Shown: positions 12,440 to 25,370 of the stretch, in pieces
Layout: every line of letters begins with the position of its first letter
How positions within the stretch are numbered: position 1 is the first letter of the stretch
Assembly (NCBI GenBank): GCA_013239625.1
Contig: MU054323.1
Coordinates: forward strand, 17,736,029-17,800,028
Length of the DNA: 64,000 bases
Direction of reading: 5' to 3'
Source: Lama guanicoe
Lineage: Eukaryota
Position numbers and translations under genes: made by a program
The notes under the pieces: model-generated
Database searches by the model: none
What the model was told of the DNA's origin: nothing
Seen by the model: only the letters and a program-made list of their open reading frames with translations

Positions 12440-13594
12440 CAGCAGCCTTGTCTGGGCATCTCTAGGGCATAGTGACTCAGGACAGTTCAGATTTCCTTCT
12501 TTTCCCTACTGACCATCCCATTTCCAGAGGGATGGATCCTTGCTGCTCTGATGCCGTATACAAATGGCCAACAACTGATTCCACATCTCACCCCATCCTC
12601 CCAATCCCTTCACACCCTAAAACCAGGATTTGGCCCCTTCTCCCCCACCCCCAAGTTCTGAGTTACATTGTCTACATTAAAATGCGACCGTGAACCTTGA
12701 TGGATTTAGAATCTTTTCCAAGTATTCAGTCAGGTTTCACTGACCACCTTCATTTTCTTCATTTTTCAAATGAAGCAGGTAACTGAGGATAAATTCCTTA
12801 TGGGACAACCTGGGAAGCCTGTGACACTGCCAAAATGAGACCAGGGATCTCTCTGCCAGGAATTCAACAGAAATGAATCTCTACCCAAATGTCTTTGATG
12901 CCCATCTCCGTCAGTCTTACTTGCTTTGATAAGTACTGTTTTCCATCTCTATTTCACATAGGGAAATTGAAGTCCTAATAAACGTTAAGTGACTAAGAGC
13001 AAATGAGAGGAGCAACAAGGATTCTCCATCCTCACCTGTTTACATTTTCCCCTAACAATGCCTACCTGTTGCCTTCCTGTGTAAATACCTGGTTAACACA
13101 GGAAGAAGAAGGTTGTGAAATTCTGGTCTTTTAGTGCCATGTACTTTCTTCATATTAATGCTATTAATCATCTGATTACTGTCAAATCAGTTTAAGTTCT
13201 GGTGAGATCAGCATCTCCTGAAATGCAGTGTATTTGTTGAGCACCTACCGCATGCCACATGGTATATTATGTTCTGTTTGGAAAAACTGAAAGAAAAATA
13301 TATGGCTCCTGACATATAGTGTCTTTTACTTTAGTTAGGAAACCAAATGCACAGAAAATGATATTAAAAAAAATGTTATGACACCGTATTTCCTTTATCC
13401 CTTCAGCAAGATGAAACTGTTCTCCTTTTTAATGGTCTTGCGTTTTCCACAGCATTCCCATTCCAGCAAAAGATTCTCTTAATATGACCCCTCAAAATAA
13501 ACTTTCAAAGTGGAACCAAACAGTCCATTCCTCCCACATTTCCTCAGCCTGTCTTTGCAGTCCATTTACCAAGTTCTTTGTGTTTCTCTTACAG

Positions 13595-13693
13595 GTCATA
13601 ATTCTTTATGAGGCAGAAACTAAGCTTTCATTGGTAGACCTTCTGATCCATTTTGAGCCAAACCTGACTATTTGGTTGGCTGGATTCCTATGG
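13595..13693 (+). other. Candidate 99-nt exon
   Basis: TTCTTTGTGTTTCTCTTACAG acceptor and TGG|GTGAGT donor; open only in phase 0 (VIILYEAETKLSLVDLLIHFEPNLTIWLAGFLW). Confidence 0.3.
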
Positions 13694-14382
13694 GTGAGTC
13701 CTCACAGTGGGGACTCAAACACAGCCTTTCTCTGGCCCCTTCAATGTGAGGGTCTCCAAGCAGCCTGAGGTTCTTCTCTCTTCCCATGGCTGCTTCCTGC
13801 TACTTCTCCCAGTGGATGGCCCGGCCCAGAGTGAGGACATCCCACTAGACTGCAGGGCAGGCATAGCTAGCTGGTCAGGTTGGCATTCTGCCTTTTGGAA
13901 AGTTCTTCCTTTCAAGAGCTAGAGAGGTGAGAGGAGTCAGTATTGCTCCTGCTTGGCAGGAGACCTGGCCCACCTCTGCCATGCCCCACCTCCCCAACCT
14001 TGGCCCACTTTGGACTTCTTGACTTTGCTGTCTGGTGGGTGAAGAAAGATAGTCCTGTTGGCTGCTTAAGTCTGGGGCTCCTTTAACCCAGGATATCTGG
14101 GGCAGCAGCCCAGATGGTGCTGCACTTAGCAGGGGATGCACCCTCCACACTTGTTGCTGCATCTCTCTGACTGGTATGTCTTTCCCTTCTAAAGTATATT
14201 CTACAAGAGACGAAAAAAAAAAAAAGAATGAGAGAGAGAAAAAAGGAAATAGAGATAGGTTGGGGGGAAGAAAAAGAGGAAAACAGAATGAAAAAATTAA
14301 TTTTGTTCTTCTGTGGATCTGACATCTTACAGTGTCTCTCGCCTCTCCCAGCTTGGCTCCTGTCGTGCGCTCTCATGAGTCA

Positions 14383-14470
14383 AGGGTGGGGCCTGAGATT
14401 CTGCATCTCTAACAGGCTACCAGGTGAAGCCAGTGCTGTTGGTCCTCAGCCCACACTCTAACTAGCAAGG
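14383..14470. mobile_element. MER5A-like hAT-Charlie fragment
   Basis: GGGTGGGGCCTGAGATTCTGCATCTCTAACAGGCT...CCACACTCT. Confidence 0.75.
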
Positions 14471-14534
14471 GTCTTGAAGAATAATAAATCAAATACTCTA
14501 ACAAGTTTCTTAACCATTCTTTATATATAAAGAC

Positions 14535-14770
14535 CTGACACTCATATAGCACTTAATATATGCCTGGCACTATTTTAAGTGCTTTGCATGTATCAACGCA
14601 GTTAATCCTCATAATTCTGTGAGATGGGCACTACTATTAGCCCCACTTCACAGTTGGGGAGACCAAGGAACAAAGTTATCCAAGTTACCAACTATCACAT
14701 ACTAAGTACTAGAGCCAGGATTCAAACTATGTCTGGCTCCAGAGTCTGTGTATTTAGCCCCATTCTTATT
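14535..14770 (-). mobile_element. MIR SINE
   Basis: AGCACTTA...GGCACTATTTTAAGTGCTTTGCATG...TAATCCTCATAA...AGAGCCAGGATTCAAAC. Confidence 0.8.
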
Positions 14771-15289
14771 CCAGTAGTTTACAAACTTTCTACTTTCTTC
14801 TGGACATCTACATTTTCAGTAGTTCCCCCTTAAATTATGGAACCCAGCTTGAAAACGTTTCAGAGATGCGACTGACCAGCCGGTGAAGATCATTGTGATA
14901 CTGATTCACCATTGTATTAGCCACACTGTCAACTTTGTGCCTTCTGTAAATTTGAAAATTAGAGCCAGTTCTCAAGGATTAGCTGTAGAGTCCCAAGGCA
15001 GCTGTGGTTTTGGCTGTTTTTTGACAGATAGAGGCAGCAAAGAGCAGCTGAGGTTAACAACTTTAGCTGCTCACTGAGGCAGCAAGAGAAACAGCTCCAA
15101 GACAAACACATGGTTCACTGTGTAGCCCGAGGGGAGAGATCAAGGCTGGAAGGGCTGAGCCAGGCAGGGGTGAGGGGTGAAATACGATACTGTAGGGGTG
15201 AGAAGGTTGGTGGGTGGTCAGGGCAGGAAGCAAAGTGGAGAGGCTGAGGCAAAATGGAGTCCTATAAATGAGCCCAGTCTGAACCAAGG

Positions 15290-15680
15290 ATTCATTCATT
15301 CATTTCAATATATATTAATTGATGACCTACTATGTCCCAGGCGCCCTGCTACGTGCTGGTGATACAGTGATGAATAAGACAGAAGTGGTCCCTGCCCTCA
15401 GGGAATTCTGTTTCTTGTGGAGAGACCAAGAAGACAAAACCAAACCAAACCAAATAAGAAACCAGACAAATAAATAAATGCAGGCTGTAATGAATGTCCT
15501 GAAGGAAACAAGGGTCAGAGATGGTGAAACCAAGGGGCACCCTACTTGATGCAGGGTGGTTGGGGAAGCCTTCAGCTGAGACCTAAAAGCAGAGAAGTCA
15601 GGCAACTGGAAAGGACATTCTGGCAAGAAACAGCTGTGTGAAAGCCTGAGGGTGGGAAAGGACTTGTTATGGAAGAGAGA
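15290..15680 (-). mobile_element. L2 3' end (L2a-like)
   Basis: TTCATTCATTCATT tail, ACCTACTATGTCCCAGGC, GATACAGTGATGAATAAGACAG. Confidence 0.8.
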
Positions 15681-16379
15681 GCCTGGCAGAATCTTGGGAA
15701 TCCACAGTTGTCTGTTGGGAATAGGTACAAACTGACATAAGAATTGAAGCTGAGAATAACTGATACGAAACGAAATCAGTTGGCTTTGACAGGTTGGTCA
15801 ATTCTCATGTGGAGTATTATGTTGAATTCTTGACATATCAGAGTGTCAAGGCTCATGAGTGATTTGCCTGCTATTACTTCTGAAATTGGAGAATATTTTT
15901 AGACAAGGCCCAGTAGATTTCATGTGGCCTTTTTCAGATTTAATTGTGAGGGTCTCACTGAGATCCTAACAATTCTTACAAGGAAATCTTCATTTAGGTT
16001 ATTGTGAGGACGGGTAAGGCCAAAAACAAAGTCTGGGGTGGCGCTAGTGCCCACACTCCAAGAGGGAAGAGAGCCACCAAAACAGAAGTGAAGGCACACA
16101 GTCCATCAGCTCCTTCCCAATCTCTCAGTCTGACAGCCCCATCACGGAGGAGAGGAGGTTGGTTTGGGTGAACTGTTAGTGGTTCCTAGTGATCGACTGT
16201 TCAACCCATTTTCTAAGGCTCCCCAGTGACCCTTCAGGTGATTTTTACAGAATTTTCTAGAGAGGAAAATGTAGTTCACCAATCTATAGTTTCCAGAATC
16301 TATCCTTTCCTACCCTTTCGAGAACCAGAACACTTTTGTTAGCCAAGGCCCTCATTAGTTGTTACCTGGGTGCATGTAT

Positions 16380-16980
16380 TGGTGTCTTACAACTAGTCTC
16401 TCTGACTCCAGTCTCTCACACCTCCAGTCTATCATCCACAGAGGTTTCAGAGAGATTCGGCTAAAATTCACATTGTATCTTATCTCTATTCTTGGTTTAA
16501 AGTGGTTCCTCATTCCTATCAATAAAATTTAAAGTTCTTTTGTTGGTATTCAATACCTTTCATGATCTGACTCATGATTTGCCTCAATTGCCACTCTCAT
16601 CTCCTGCCATATCCCCCTACTCTGAATTATAGCCATACGAGGCTACTTGCTATTTACTGAAATAATTCATGTTACTTCTCTGCATTTTCATATGGGGTTC
16701 TTACTTGCTTCTTCCCTCAGCTATTTCCTATTCATTCTTTAGAATTTAGTTTAAACCTTACTTCCTCCAGGAAACCTTCCTTGATTTCCCTAGTCAGAAT
16801 TAAGTACTCTTACCTAATCCTGTAACATGTTGTATATGCCTCTATTACAGTAGTTAACATCTAAATCTTTTTCTGTCTTTCCTACAAAACCTTGAGCTTT
16901 TTAAGGGCCGGGACTGTGTCCTTTAGTGCCTAACAATGCCCTTGTACATAATAGCTTCAGAAAGGTTTATGGAATGGCTG
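16380..16980 (+). mobile_element. L2 3' region
   Basis: CTTCCTCCAGGAAACCTTCCTTGATTTCCC; GAGCTTTTTAAGGGCCGGGACTGTGTC. Confidence 0.65.
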
Positions 16981-17989
16981 CTTTTGCATTTCCCACTTTC
17001 TGGCTTTAGTTTTCCATGATTTCTTGTGGATTACAAAGAGCCCATGTTAACGTCTACATCATATATTCTCCATCCCTACCTCCTCTTTTGGGAAATAGGG
17101 GGAAAAGATTTGCTTAAACTTAAATCTAAAGACATGTTCCTACCACATTTATCACATTTATGAAAATCTCTAATGAGAATTTTTTTATTACCCATGGTTT
17201 AATCTAAGTGGTCAAATCTTACTATGATTTAGGATACCATATTATAGACTTTTAGACCTAGAAAGAAGTTTAGAATGATCAGATTCAGATTCAGTATTTC
17301 ACTTTATGGGGCAAGGACATGAAGGTTCAGAGAGAGGGTAAGCGAATGCTCTATAAAGTCACCCTACTGGTGGGTGGCAGCCCCAGGATCTAGGTCTCCA
17401 TCCTCCCAGCCCTGGGCTTTTTCCCCTAAAAATGGCCACTCTTCAGATCATCATCCTGTTTTGATGTCAGAGACCCAATATGGATTTGACCTTGATTCCT
17501 AGATTTACCATACTAAGGTTTTAATTTTGCCTCCAGAACTAATAATTTAGTTATTAGCAAAAGAATTAACATTAAGCTTTTTCATTTGGAGGCCTGCCAA
17601 ACTGAAACTCTTTCTTAAAAATTCTGAAGGGTCTTGAAAAGAAAAAAAAAAGTGTAAATTACTGTTGGGCAAATTGTCAGTACTTTGTTGGTCTCCCAGG
17701 AGCTTTCATTTGATCACAAATTGGTTCACAGCGGAATGGTTAATGAGCACCAGCGCTTTCCTTTATGATACCAAGGCACCCACTTGGTCTTCCTTAAGGA
17801 TGCTCTAGAAGGGGAATGGGAGATTTACACTGTACCTATTATCTTCCTTAGAAGCAACTACTTTTTTTTTTCATTAGTAGAACTAGAAAATTGTATATAC
17901 AGTTTGCTAATTTTTTACTTTAAAATTTTTGTTTGACTATTAGATTTGGTTAACAACACTGAAGGTTGTTATTACAAAGCTTAGCACAT

Positions 17990-18560
17990 CTTTCATTTTA
18001 CTATAGAATATTTCAAACATTATTTTGTCATATTTGCTCCAGATCTCTCTCTTTTTTCTCTTCTCTTTCCTCCTTTTCTTTCTCTTCCCTCTTCCTTTCT
18101 TCCAAATTAAACATCTTACACTTGTGGTTAAAGCCCCTGTAACCACCCTGTCCCGTTCCTCTCCTGCCATCTGTAACAGTAACACCTATCCTGAATTTCC
18201 AGTTGTCACTTTTTGTGTGTTCTTAAAATTCTTTATGTGATATATGCATCCGTAAATAATATATAGTGTTGATTTGCCTGTTTTCTATCTTTATTAAATA
18301 ACATATTCTATATTTTCTTCTAAGTTCTCTTTCAACAAGGATTAATATACATTGTGTATTCATTTAAACTGCTATATTGCTTTCCATTGTATAAAAAGAC
18401 CACATTTTATCCATTCTCTTGTTTATGGACCTTTACGTTGTTTCTGTTGTTTTCCTCTCACAAACAATGCAGGAATAAACAATTTTGTACATTCTCTCGT
18501 GAGAGATATATGTCTTTTGTGAAAGTTATATACGTAGGTGTGGCATCGCTGGGTTGCATC
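17990..18560 (-). mobile_element. Ancient L1 3' UTR fragment
   Basis: T-rich; CCACATTTTATCCATTCTCTTGTTTATGGAC...ACAAACAATGC. Confidence 0.6.
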
Positions 18561-18673
18561 ATAAGTATTTTGAAAAGAATTTTCATGTTGATAGTAAAAC
18601 AATATGATTAGTTACTTAAAAGAAAAAAAAAATGAAGTCCAGATTAAGTGCTGGAAGAAACAGAATGTCAGGA

Positions 18674-19007
18674 AAAGGAAGTAAAATAGTATAGGATAGT
18701 ATGTGACCTAGACACAGAATCCTAGACTTTTTTTTTTTTTAAGTAATTCATCTGTTGAAAAGGAAATAAAATAATATAGGATAGTATGTGACCTAGACAC
18801 AGAATCCTAGACTTTTTTTTTTAAGTAATTCATCTGTTGACAAAAAAATAGATTGAACATGCAAGTAAATTGAACAACCAGTTCAAAGGAAGTAAAATAG
18901 TATAGGATAGTATGTGACCTAGACACAGAATCCTAGACTTTTTTTTTTTAAGTAATTCCTCTGTTGACAAAAAAATAGATTGAACATGCAAGTAAATTGA
19001 ACAACCA
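18674..19007. repeat. Complex local tandem duplication (A-AB-AB)
   Basis: Three near-identical ~83-bp units (18674-18758, 18759-18840, 18885-18967) and two identical 40-bp units (18841-18880, 18968-19007). Confidence 0.95.
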
Positions 19008-19039
19008 CTGACAGTCACAGATTCTCATCTACATTTAAG

Positions 19040-19305
19040 ACACTACTTTTTGTGTCACTGCTTCCATGAATCCTTCTAGAATTTTCTTTTTCTTTTTTTC
19101 TGTGAAAATCGACTACTTCCTCCTTTGGGCCTCCATTCTCTCTGCCTCTATTATGTGATAATATTGCACATTGTACTTGCTATGGTTTGTTTACATATCT
19201 CCCTTAATAGGCTGAATGCTGTTTGAGCGCAGAGTTCAAGTCTTATTTGTATCCCCAAGGCATGGTGCACAGGAGGTAGTTAATAAAGTCTGAGGAGTGA
19301 ATGAG
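19040..19305 (+). mobile_element. L2 3' end
   Basis: GCTTCCATGAATCCTTC...TGTATCCCCAAGGCATGGTGCACAGGAGGTAG...GAGTGAATGAG. Confidence 0.55.
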
Positions 19306-19649
19306 AAGTCCAAATCATGGCAGATCTTTCAGACTTAGCAGTGAGTTTCTGATGACAGGATACTTTGGTGAAAATCAGCTGAAAGTATAGGAAAGGAAGT
19401 TTTATCTTTTGGTCTTCAATTGGACCTACAAAAAGGAAGCTTCATATAAAAGCTGATAAAAGTGACTAATAGAGCAGAGAAATCACTTAGAATTTGGCTG
19501 TAGGCATTGGCAATGTATGATTAGTTTATATCAGTATAGAGTTAATTTTAGGAAGACTTTAATTTTACAAATTGCCAGGAAATCACCTGGAAAATGCCTT
19601 CTTTTCTCATTTAGGGATTTAATGCTTTATCAACCATAAGGATTTTCAA

Positions 19650-19790
19650 AACCCTTATTCTTATAATTTGGGATACTGGGATTTTGTCACATTGGGATTG
19701 CTGGTTAAAAGAGCTAATGCTCCTAAAGTGCTTGGCCCAGTGTTCGGCACATAGTAAGTACTGAATAAACGTCAGCTTTCCTGTTATTAG
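19650..19790 (+). mobile_element. MIR SINE
   Basis: TAAAGTGCTTGGCCCAGTGTTCGGCACATAGTAAGTACTGAATAAAC. Confidence 0.7.
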
Positions 19791-21179
19791 CTGATTCCTT
19801 TCATTTATACGACATTTTTTTTTTTGGTTTATCATATTTCAGGGGGCTCCCCTCTATATGTTTGTAGTAGTGCATTAGTAAATCTGTGAGCTCAGAAAAA
19901 GGAAGTCATCTAAAAATTCAGACCTTAAAATTAAGCACATAATGGGAAATTCTTGAATATTTTGTGAATTAGATATGGAAAATACAAGGAAGTTATATAT
20001 GTATATTTATTTTTTCAATTGAAGTATAGCTGAATTATATTAATTTCAGGTGAAGGGGAATATATATTATAAATATATTTTGCAGAATTTAGAAAAGCCA
20101 CTAGAATAAGTATGTTTACTCCTATCATAAGAATTGCTTATTATGAATAATATATCACATGCATTAAAAAAGGTAGTGGCTAGTTTCATTTCCCCAAAAC
20201 AGTTTTTCAATGGTAAGTTTGAGACACCTGTGGTTTACCAAAGTTTAAACTAGTGAGTCCACTATAACTAGCATGTGTTTACATTTTGACTCATGGTTCC
20301 TGTCAGGCTTTAATCACAGGGGAACAAGTAATATTACTCAGACTTCATTGTTTAATCTTCCATTCATTTGTTTTCCAAGTTGTTTCAGTCTGTAAGAAGG
20401 TTCTTTTTTGATTACGACATGTAGTCCTAATTTCTGCAATTTATCTTCATTTGCCATTTTGAGGCAGCTATGAAAATCCTATAATAAGCCTCTTATTTCC
20501 CAGATCTATGCATATAAGCTTCATTGAGTTGGATTCATCCTAAATACATTTTGAAGTCACATCAGCACTTTCAGATCAGCAAGTTACTTCTTAATAAATT
20601 ACTGTCTTAATGTCCAATGCTATTTTAAATACATGAAAGAGAGCAGTTCCCAAATGTGTGTAACGACTTCCAGGGAATAGTAAACCAGAGCATTTAATTA
20701 AATGAAGGGCCAAATTTTTATTATGCTGTCACTGGATATTTGAATAACCAGTTGTAAATGAGTTCTATTCATATAAAAGTAATTTTCTAAATCCAGTTGT
20801 TCCTATTTTGAAATATAGTTCCAGTTCCTTGGTAAAACTGGAAATGGAATGGCCATGTCTCCATAGCTAAAACAAATTAGAGGGTTGCAGTAATAAACTG
20901 AACCCATAGGCAGAGGGGGTGAAAAATCTTAGAACCCTGTTTTGTTTTGTTTTGTTTTTCTCTCCTGAACTGATTGGATAAGTTACTCAACTAATTTTGT
21001 CTTGTCATTACTAAGTCGTTTTTCCATTCTAGAATTTCTTCCACTCAAGTGAACAATATTGATGCATATAATTTGGATGAAAAAAATCCGTTTAAGAAAT
21101 ATCTGAATATATGCCTTGAATAAGCTTTTTTCATTTAGGTGACAGAAATTTATTCAAAGAGAAACCAATCAAAGATAAT

Positions 21180-21400
21180 AACAACAATAACTACCATTTA
21201 TTGAGCATCTCCTATGTGGCAAAACTTTAGCACTTAATCCTTACAGAAAATTTATTGGATGAGTGATAATATTTGAATGTTAGCGATCAGGAAATTTCTG
21301 CTCAGATTAGTTAAGTAACTCACCCAAGTTTGCAGAGTTGGCACGTATGAAGGGCTGATATTAAAATTCCAGCCCATCTGGTGGTGGTGCCTGAGAACTT
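21180..21400 (-). mobile_element. MIR SINE
   Basis: TAACTACCATTTATTGAGCATCTCCTATGTG...GTTAAGTAACTCACCCAAG. Confidence 0.7.
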
Positions 21401-21540
21401 TTGTTCTTTCCTCTACAAAAGACAGTTGATGCCGAGTGGAATCATTTTATGATCCCTTGGATAATCTTGATTTTTCAGAAGAGCTATAAGACATGGATTA
21501 AATGGTGATAGGAAGTATATCCAATCAGAATGCTATTGTT

Positions 21541-21700
21541 GGGGGGAAGGGATAACTCAAGTGGTAGAGCATATGCTTAGTATGCATATGGTCCTGGGTT
21601 CAATCCCCTGTACCTCCTCTAAAAATAAATAAACCTAATTACCCCCAACCAAAATAAAATAATTAAATAAACAATAATAAATAAATAAGATATAAAAACA
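21541..21700 (+). mobile_element. Camelid tRNA-derived SINE (Vic-1-like)
   Basis: A box (CTCAAGTGGTAGAGC), B box (GGTTCAATCC), AAATAAACCTAATTACCCCC body, A-rich tail; TSD AGAATGC(T/A)ATTG at 21527-21538 and 21701-21712. Confidence 0.85.
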
Positions 21701-22229
21701 AGAATGCAATTGCATCTTCCTTACTAGTTCCTTTTTCTGTCATTTGGTTTTCTTTCCCCACTTGGGATATTTAAAGAATTATACTGTTAACCTGTAACTT
21801 TTCCTCTCACTCTCCTCCTGCTCCCACATATCATGAACATAAAATAATTTCCTTTCAAATTAGGTTACTAAGTTTATAACTCGCATAGGTAATTATCACA
21901 CAGAAAAATTTATTAGCCTAAATCATGGCCACATTTTTTGCCAACATACACAAGTTCTGAAGTCAGTTGCCCATAAAACTAGCTTCTCAATGGTTTGAGA
22001 TCCAGTGCCAAATTACCCAGGGGATGAATAAGAATTACTGCAGGTCCTGTTGACCAGTCTGCCCAGCTGTTCACTGGTATTTCCAGTGACTGGGGAGAAT
22101 TCAGCCAGAATGGCCCCCCAAAATCTGCACCATGACTTTATCAATTGGTGGGCCAGATGCTGTGAACAGAACCAGCAGACGTTCAGGTGGCAACCCAAAC
22201 CGGAATTCATAACGAATTGTCAGATGCAC

Positions 22230-22650
22230 AGTAGCTAAATACCATGGTATTACCACATATGGACTGATTTCTAAGTACCAGACACTGTGCTAGGAGCTGC
22301 GCGTGCGTTATTTCATTTACTCTTCTTGGGCGGGGTTATGTGGTAGTTAACAACATGGATACAGAACCAAACTAATGGCTCTGAGTCCTTGGACAAGCAA
22401 TGGAAAAACTGTTTCAGTTTATATGTCTGTAAAATGGGGATACTAATACTTCATAGAATTGAAGTGAGAAATGAGTTCATTTAAACACAGCACTCATTGT
22501 ATGTTGGCCATTAATTTTCCTAATGACTCCATGAGGTAAATGCTATTATGATCATCATTTACTATTTAGAAGATAATGGCTTAGAGGCATCATAAGGCAG
22601 AGGTAGACTTTGAAAATAGATCTGTTTGACGTTAAAAGCTGTCCTCCTTA
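22230..22650. mobile_element. Nested/fragmented MIR SINEs
   Basis: CAGACACTGTGCTAGG; TCTGTAAAATGGGGATACTAATAC; CCATGAGGTAAATGCTATTATG. Confidence 0.6.
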
Positions 22651-23089
22651 TCACTGTGCTGTTCTGCCTCTCAGTAGAAGATACATAGAATGGGCAAAGA
22701 ACTTACGGTGTCTGCTGCAAGGCCTCTTATCACCATGTGATACCTGTCCCTCAGATGATTTCCTGGAAGGGGGCAGTCGGTGAATCTTTGCTGAGAGGCA
22801 GGGCAAAAAAAAAAAAAAAATTCCTGGACTTCCTCCATCCAGATGGGAATGTGACTGGTGCAAACCATCTCAGTGAAGGCTTAACCACAGCCGGGTGACT
22901 CCTCTGTTGGTGACGGAAGTGTACAAATGAAGTATGGGAGCGGGGGAAGCCTTCACACACCTCCAACCCTTACTGCCTCTTGGAACAGTTACATCCCCTG
23001 GCACAAATCAGCTAGAGAAATTCATATCCACTCACTCACAGCCTCAAAGAAAACCACACGGCTGACTTTCCTATCTGTTGGGTGATGAT

Positions 23090-23290
23090 TAGAATTATTG
23101 AGCTTCTATTGTGTATCTTCTCAAAAATCCTTATGAAATAGGTGTAATTATCTTATTTAAGAAATGAGGAAATTAAGGTTCAGAGGAATTAGGTGAATGG
23201 TGCAAGGTTATTAAACAGTTTGTAAGTGGACAACCAGGATTCAAACATCGGTCTGTACGTTAATCCAAAACCCATGTTCCTCCTTTCTTC
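23090..23290 (-). mobile_element. MIR SINE
   Basis: AATGAGGAAATTAAGGTTCAGAG...CCAGGATTCAAAC. Confidence 0.7.
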
Positions 23291-23922
23291 AGGGATTGTT
23301 CCTTGGGCTTGGGGATATTACAGAATCATTGTTTCTCCTGATTGCTTTTTGCTGTTATCTTTTGACCATCTCATTTTTTGTTACTGATTTTATCCAAGAG
23401 TAGTAACATGCTATGGAATTCTTGGAGTAAGAGTTGAGATTATATGTTCTAATTTAAGATGTTGCATTACTGGATTATCTGTGAATTTTTATTTCCTGAT
23501 ACACTCTTTCTTCCTCCTCCTGTCTTATTATATTTAATATCTGATGTTCGAATCTTTTTAGGGGTTTTTGAACACACTTACTTATGAGAAGGTGCTAGTT
23601 AAAATTGTTACAGACACTTGTGTTTTCATAGCCTTATAATAGAAGTAACTTTTAACTTTTAACTTTTGGGGCTCATGAATATGTACATTGCAAAGATTTT
23701 CTTAAAATTCTCTGCAATGTATACATAGTTTCACAAGCAAATAGTTAGTCAATTCAGTAGCAAAATTAAGACTGGTTATTGGTTTTGTTACTTTAAGCTC
23801 ACAGCAAATTATCCATTTTTGTACCACAAAGCCTATGGGACAGTCAGAGAGCTTGAATTGACTCCCACCACTCTTCAGTGAAGGGACTGAAGCTTCATAA
23901 ATCTAATCCTTCATCCTCCTAG

Positions 23923-23966
23923 CTCTGACCCTTCCCTTCCTATCGGAAATGAACGTGTTGTCTGCG
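23923..23966 (+). other. Candidate 44-nt exon
   Basis: CTAAT branch-like site, CCTTCATCCTCCTAG acceptor, GCG|GTAAGT donor; three CpGs retained. Confidence 0.3.
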
Positions 23967-25370
23967 GTAAGTGTTCGTCAAATATTTTAATACCATCTCA
24001 TCACTGTGATGATCAACAAATGTGTTCTGAAAATCTTTTATAAGTAGTAGTACATCCAGCATCAGACAGCCTGTGGTTCAGATCCTGGACCCTGTCCATG
24101 TGGGAACTTGAAGGGCATGCACCACATCCACATGGAAACACAAGTGGTAACCACATCCTTTAATGTTGAAGTGGTTTTATTGTCTTCTACTAGCAAAGAT
24201 GGCTAATAACTGTCTTGCTTTTATTTCCATAAATATATAATATATTTACATATATACATATAATATACATTTACATATACGTTACATATATGCCATATAT
24301 AGCACACTTTGAAATTTGAAAGCATTGATTCCCATAACCTGTCTAATTCAGGAATAAATCATGTAACTACCAATCTTGGTCAACCTTTTCTCCAGTCACT
24401 ACCCCCTTACCTCCAATCTCATGTAAATACTCTGCAATACTTTATCTATAGGAACACTGTTGAATTAATAGTAACCATATTTGCTTATATATATTTTTTT
24501 CACCCAAGAAGTTTTTAAATGCTTTTGTGCTGTAAAAACATGAAGAAAAAATCTGGAAGAACTTATCTCTGTCATGACATCATCTGTAAAAAGTGATTTT
24601 AAGATGGAGACTTCTCCTTGAGAAATAAAGGCTGCTGGTTTTAATATTCAGCTCTCACTTTTACTAAATAGAGTTGTCATTTTAGACCCAAGCTTCCCCT
24701 AGAGTCAGTGATCCCACCAGGGGAAGCAATATGCGAAGTTATTGCAAGAAAGTTTTTGTGTGAAATTGTGACTCTTGCCAGGGATGTCATATGTTTTAGT
24801 TAATTTCCTCCCCAGGAACTAGGAAAATTTCCCAAGCCCCAGTTATGTACAACTGGAATGCTATTCAGAAGTCAGTAGCATGGGGCTGAGGAGAGAGACT
24901 GAGTTTTACACACTTCATTTGTTTCTGGAGATAAAGCCTCTATTCTGTTTTCCTCAAGGTGAAAGTCCAATTCAATTTGAAAATTATAAAGCCTTATTCT
25001 ATTGGAAGAAAATGATTATGATTTCTGTCACTACTATTACTATTTATACCATGATAAATTTACCCAGAGAAGGGGATAGCCTCTATTAGATTCCTTCCAG
25101 AGCTCCCTAAGGAATAAAACCATACACCTGACAACTGATAGAACATTCTGTTGTGCCTTTTCCTCCTCAGCCCTTCAGTGTTTAAGCCATCCACCACAAT
25201 GCCATTGATTAGCAACTCGGCACGTCCACAGTGCGACAGTAATTAACATTCCCCATGTTGACTCTCAGAAACTACAATACCATGAAGTACCCTTCAGGAT
25301 AATCAAGGCGAAATTAAATTACATTCAGTACAGTTTGAGAGCAATTTTCCTAGTGGTTTAGAGCACCTCT

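Noticed and set aside
18674..19007. CRISPR-like repeat-spacer array
   Set aside because: Mammalian context, ~83-bp repeats, identical rather than unique spacers, and no cas genes; it is a tandem duplication.
20203..20212. 10-nt micro-exon (CAG|TTTTTCAATG|GTAAGT)
   Set aside because: The acceptor tract is interrupted by AAAA and nothing else supports it; likely chance.
21541..21620. tRNA-Ala gene (also at ~32105-32184, ~49680-49770 and 49877-49948)
   Set aside because: Each is followed by a shared non-tRNA body and an A-rich tail, some have TSDs, and the stems contain mismatches; these are SINE heads.
22013..22238. Exon or retrocopy suggested by ORFs on both strands
   Set aside because: No convincing splice sites, TSD or poly(A), and the peptides are unrecognised.
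24713..24727. CTCF motif CCACCAGGGGAAGC
   Set aside because: It departs from the consensus at the GGC end of the core; too weak alone.
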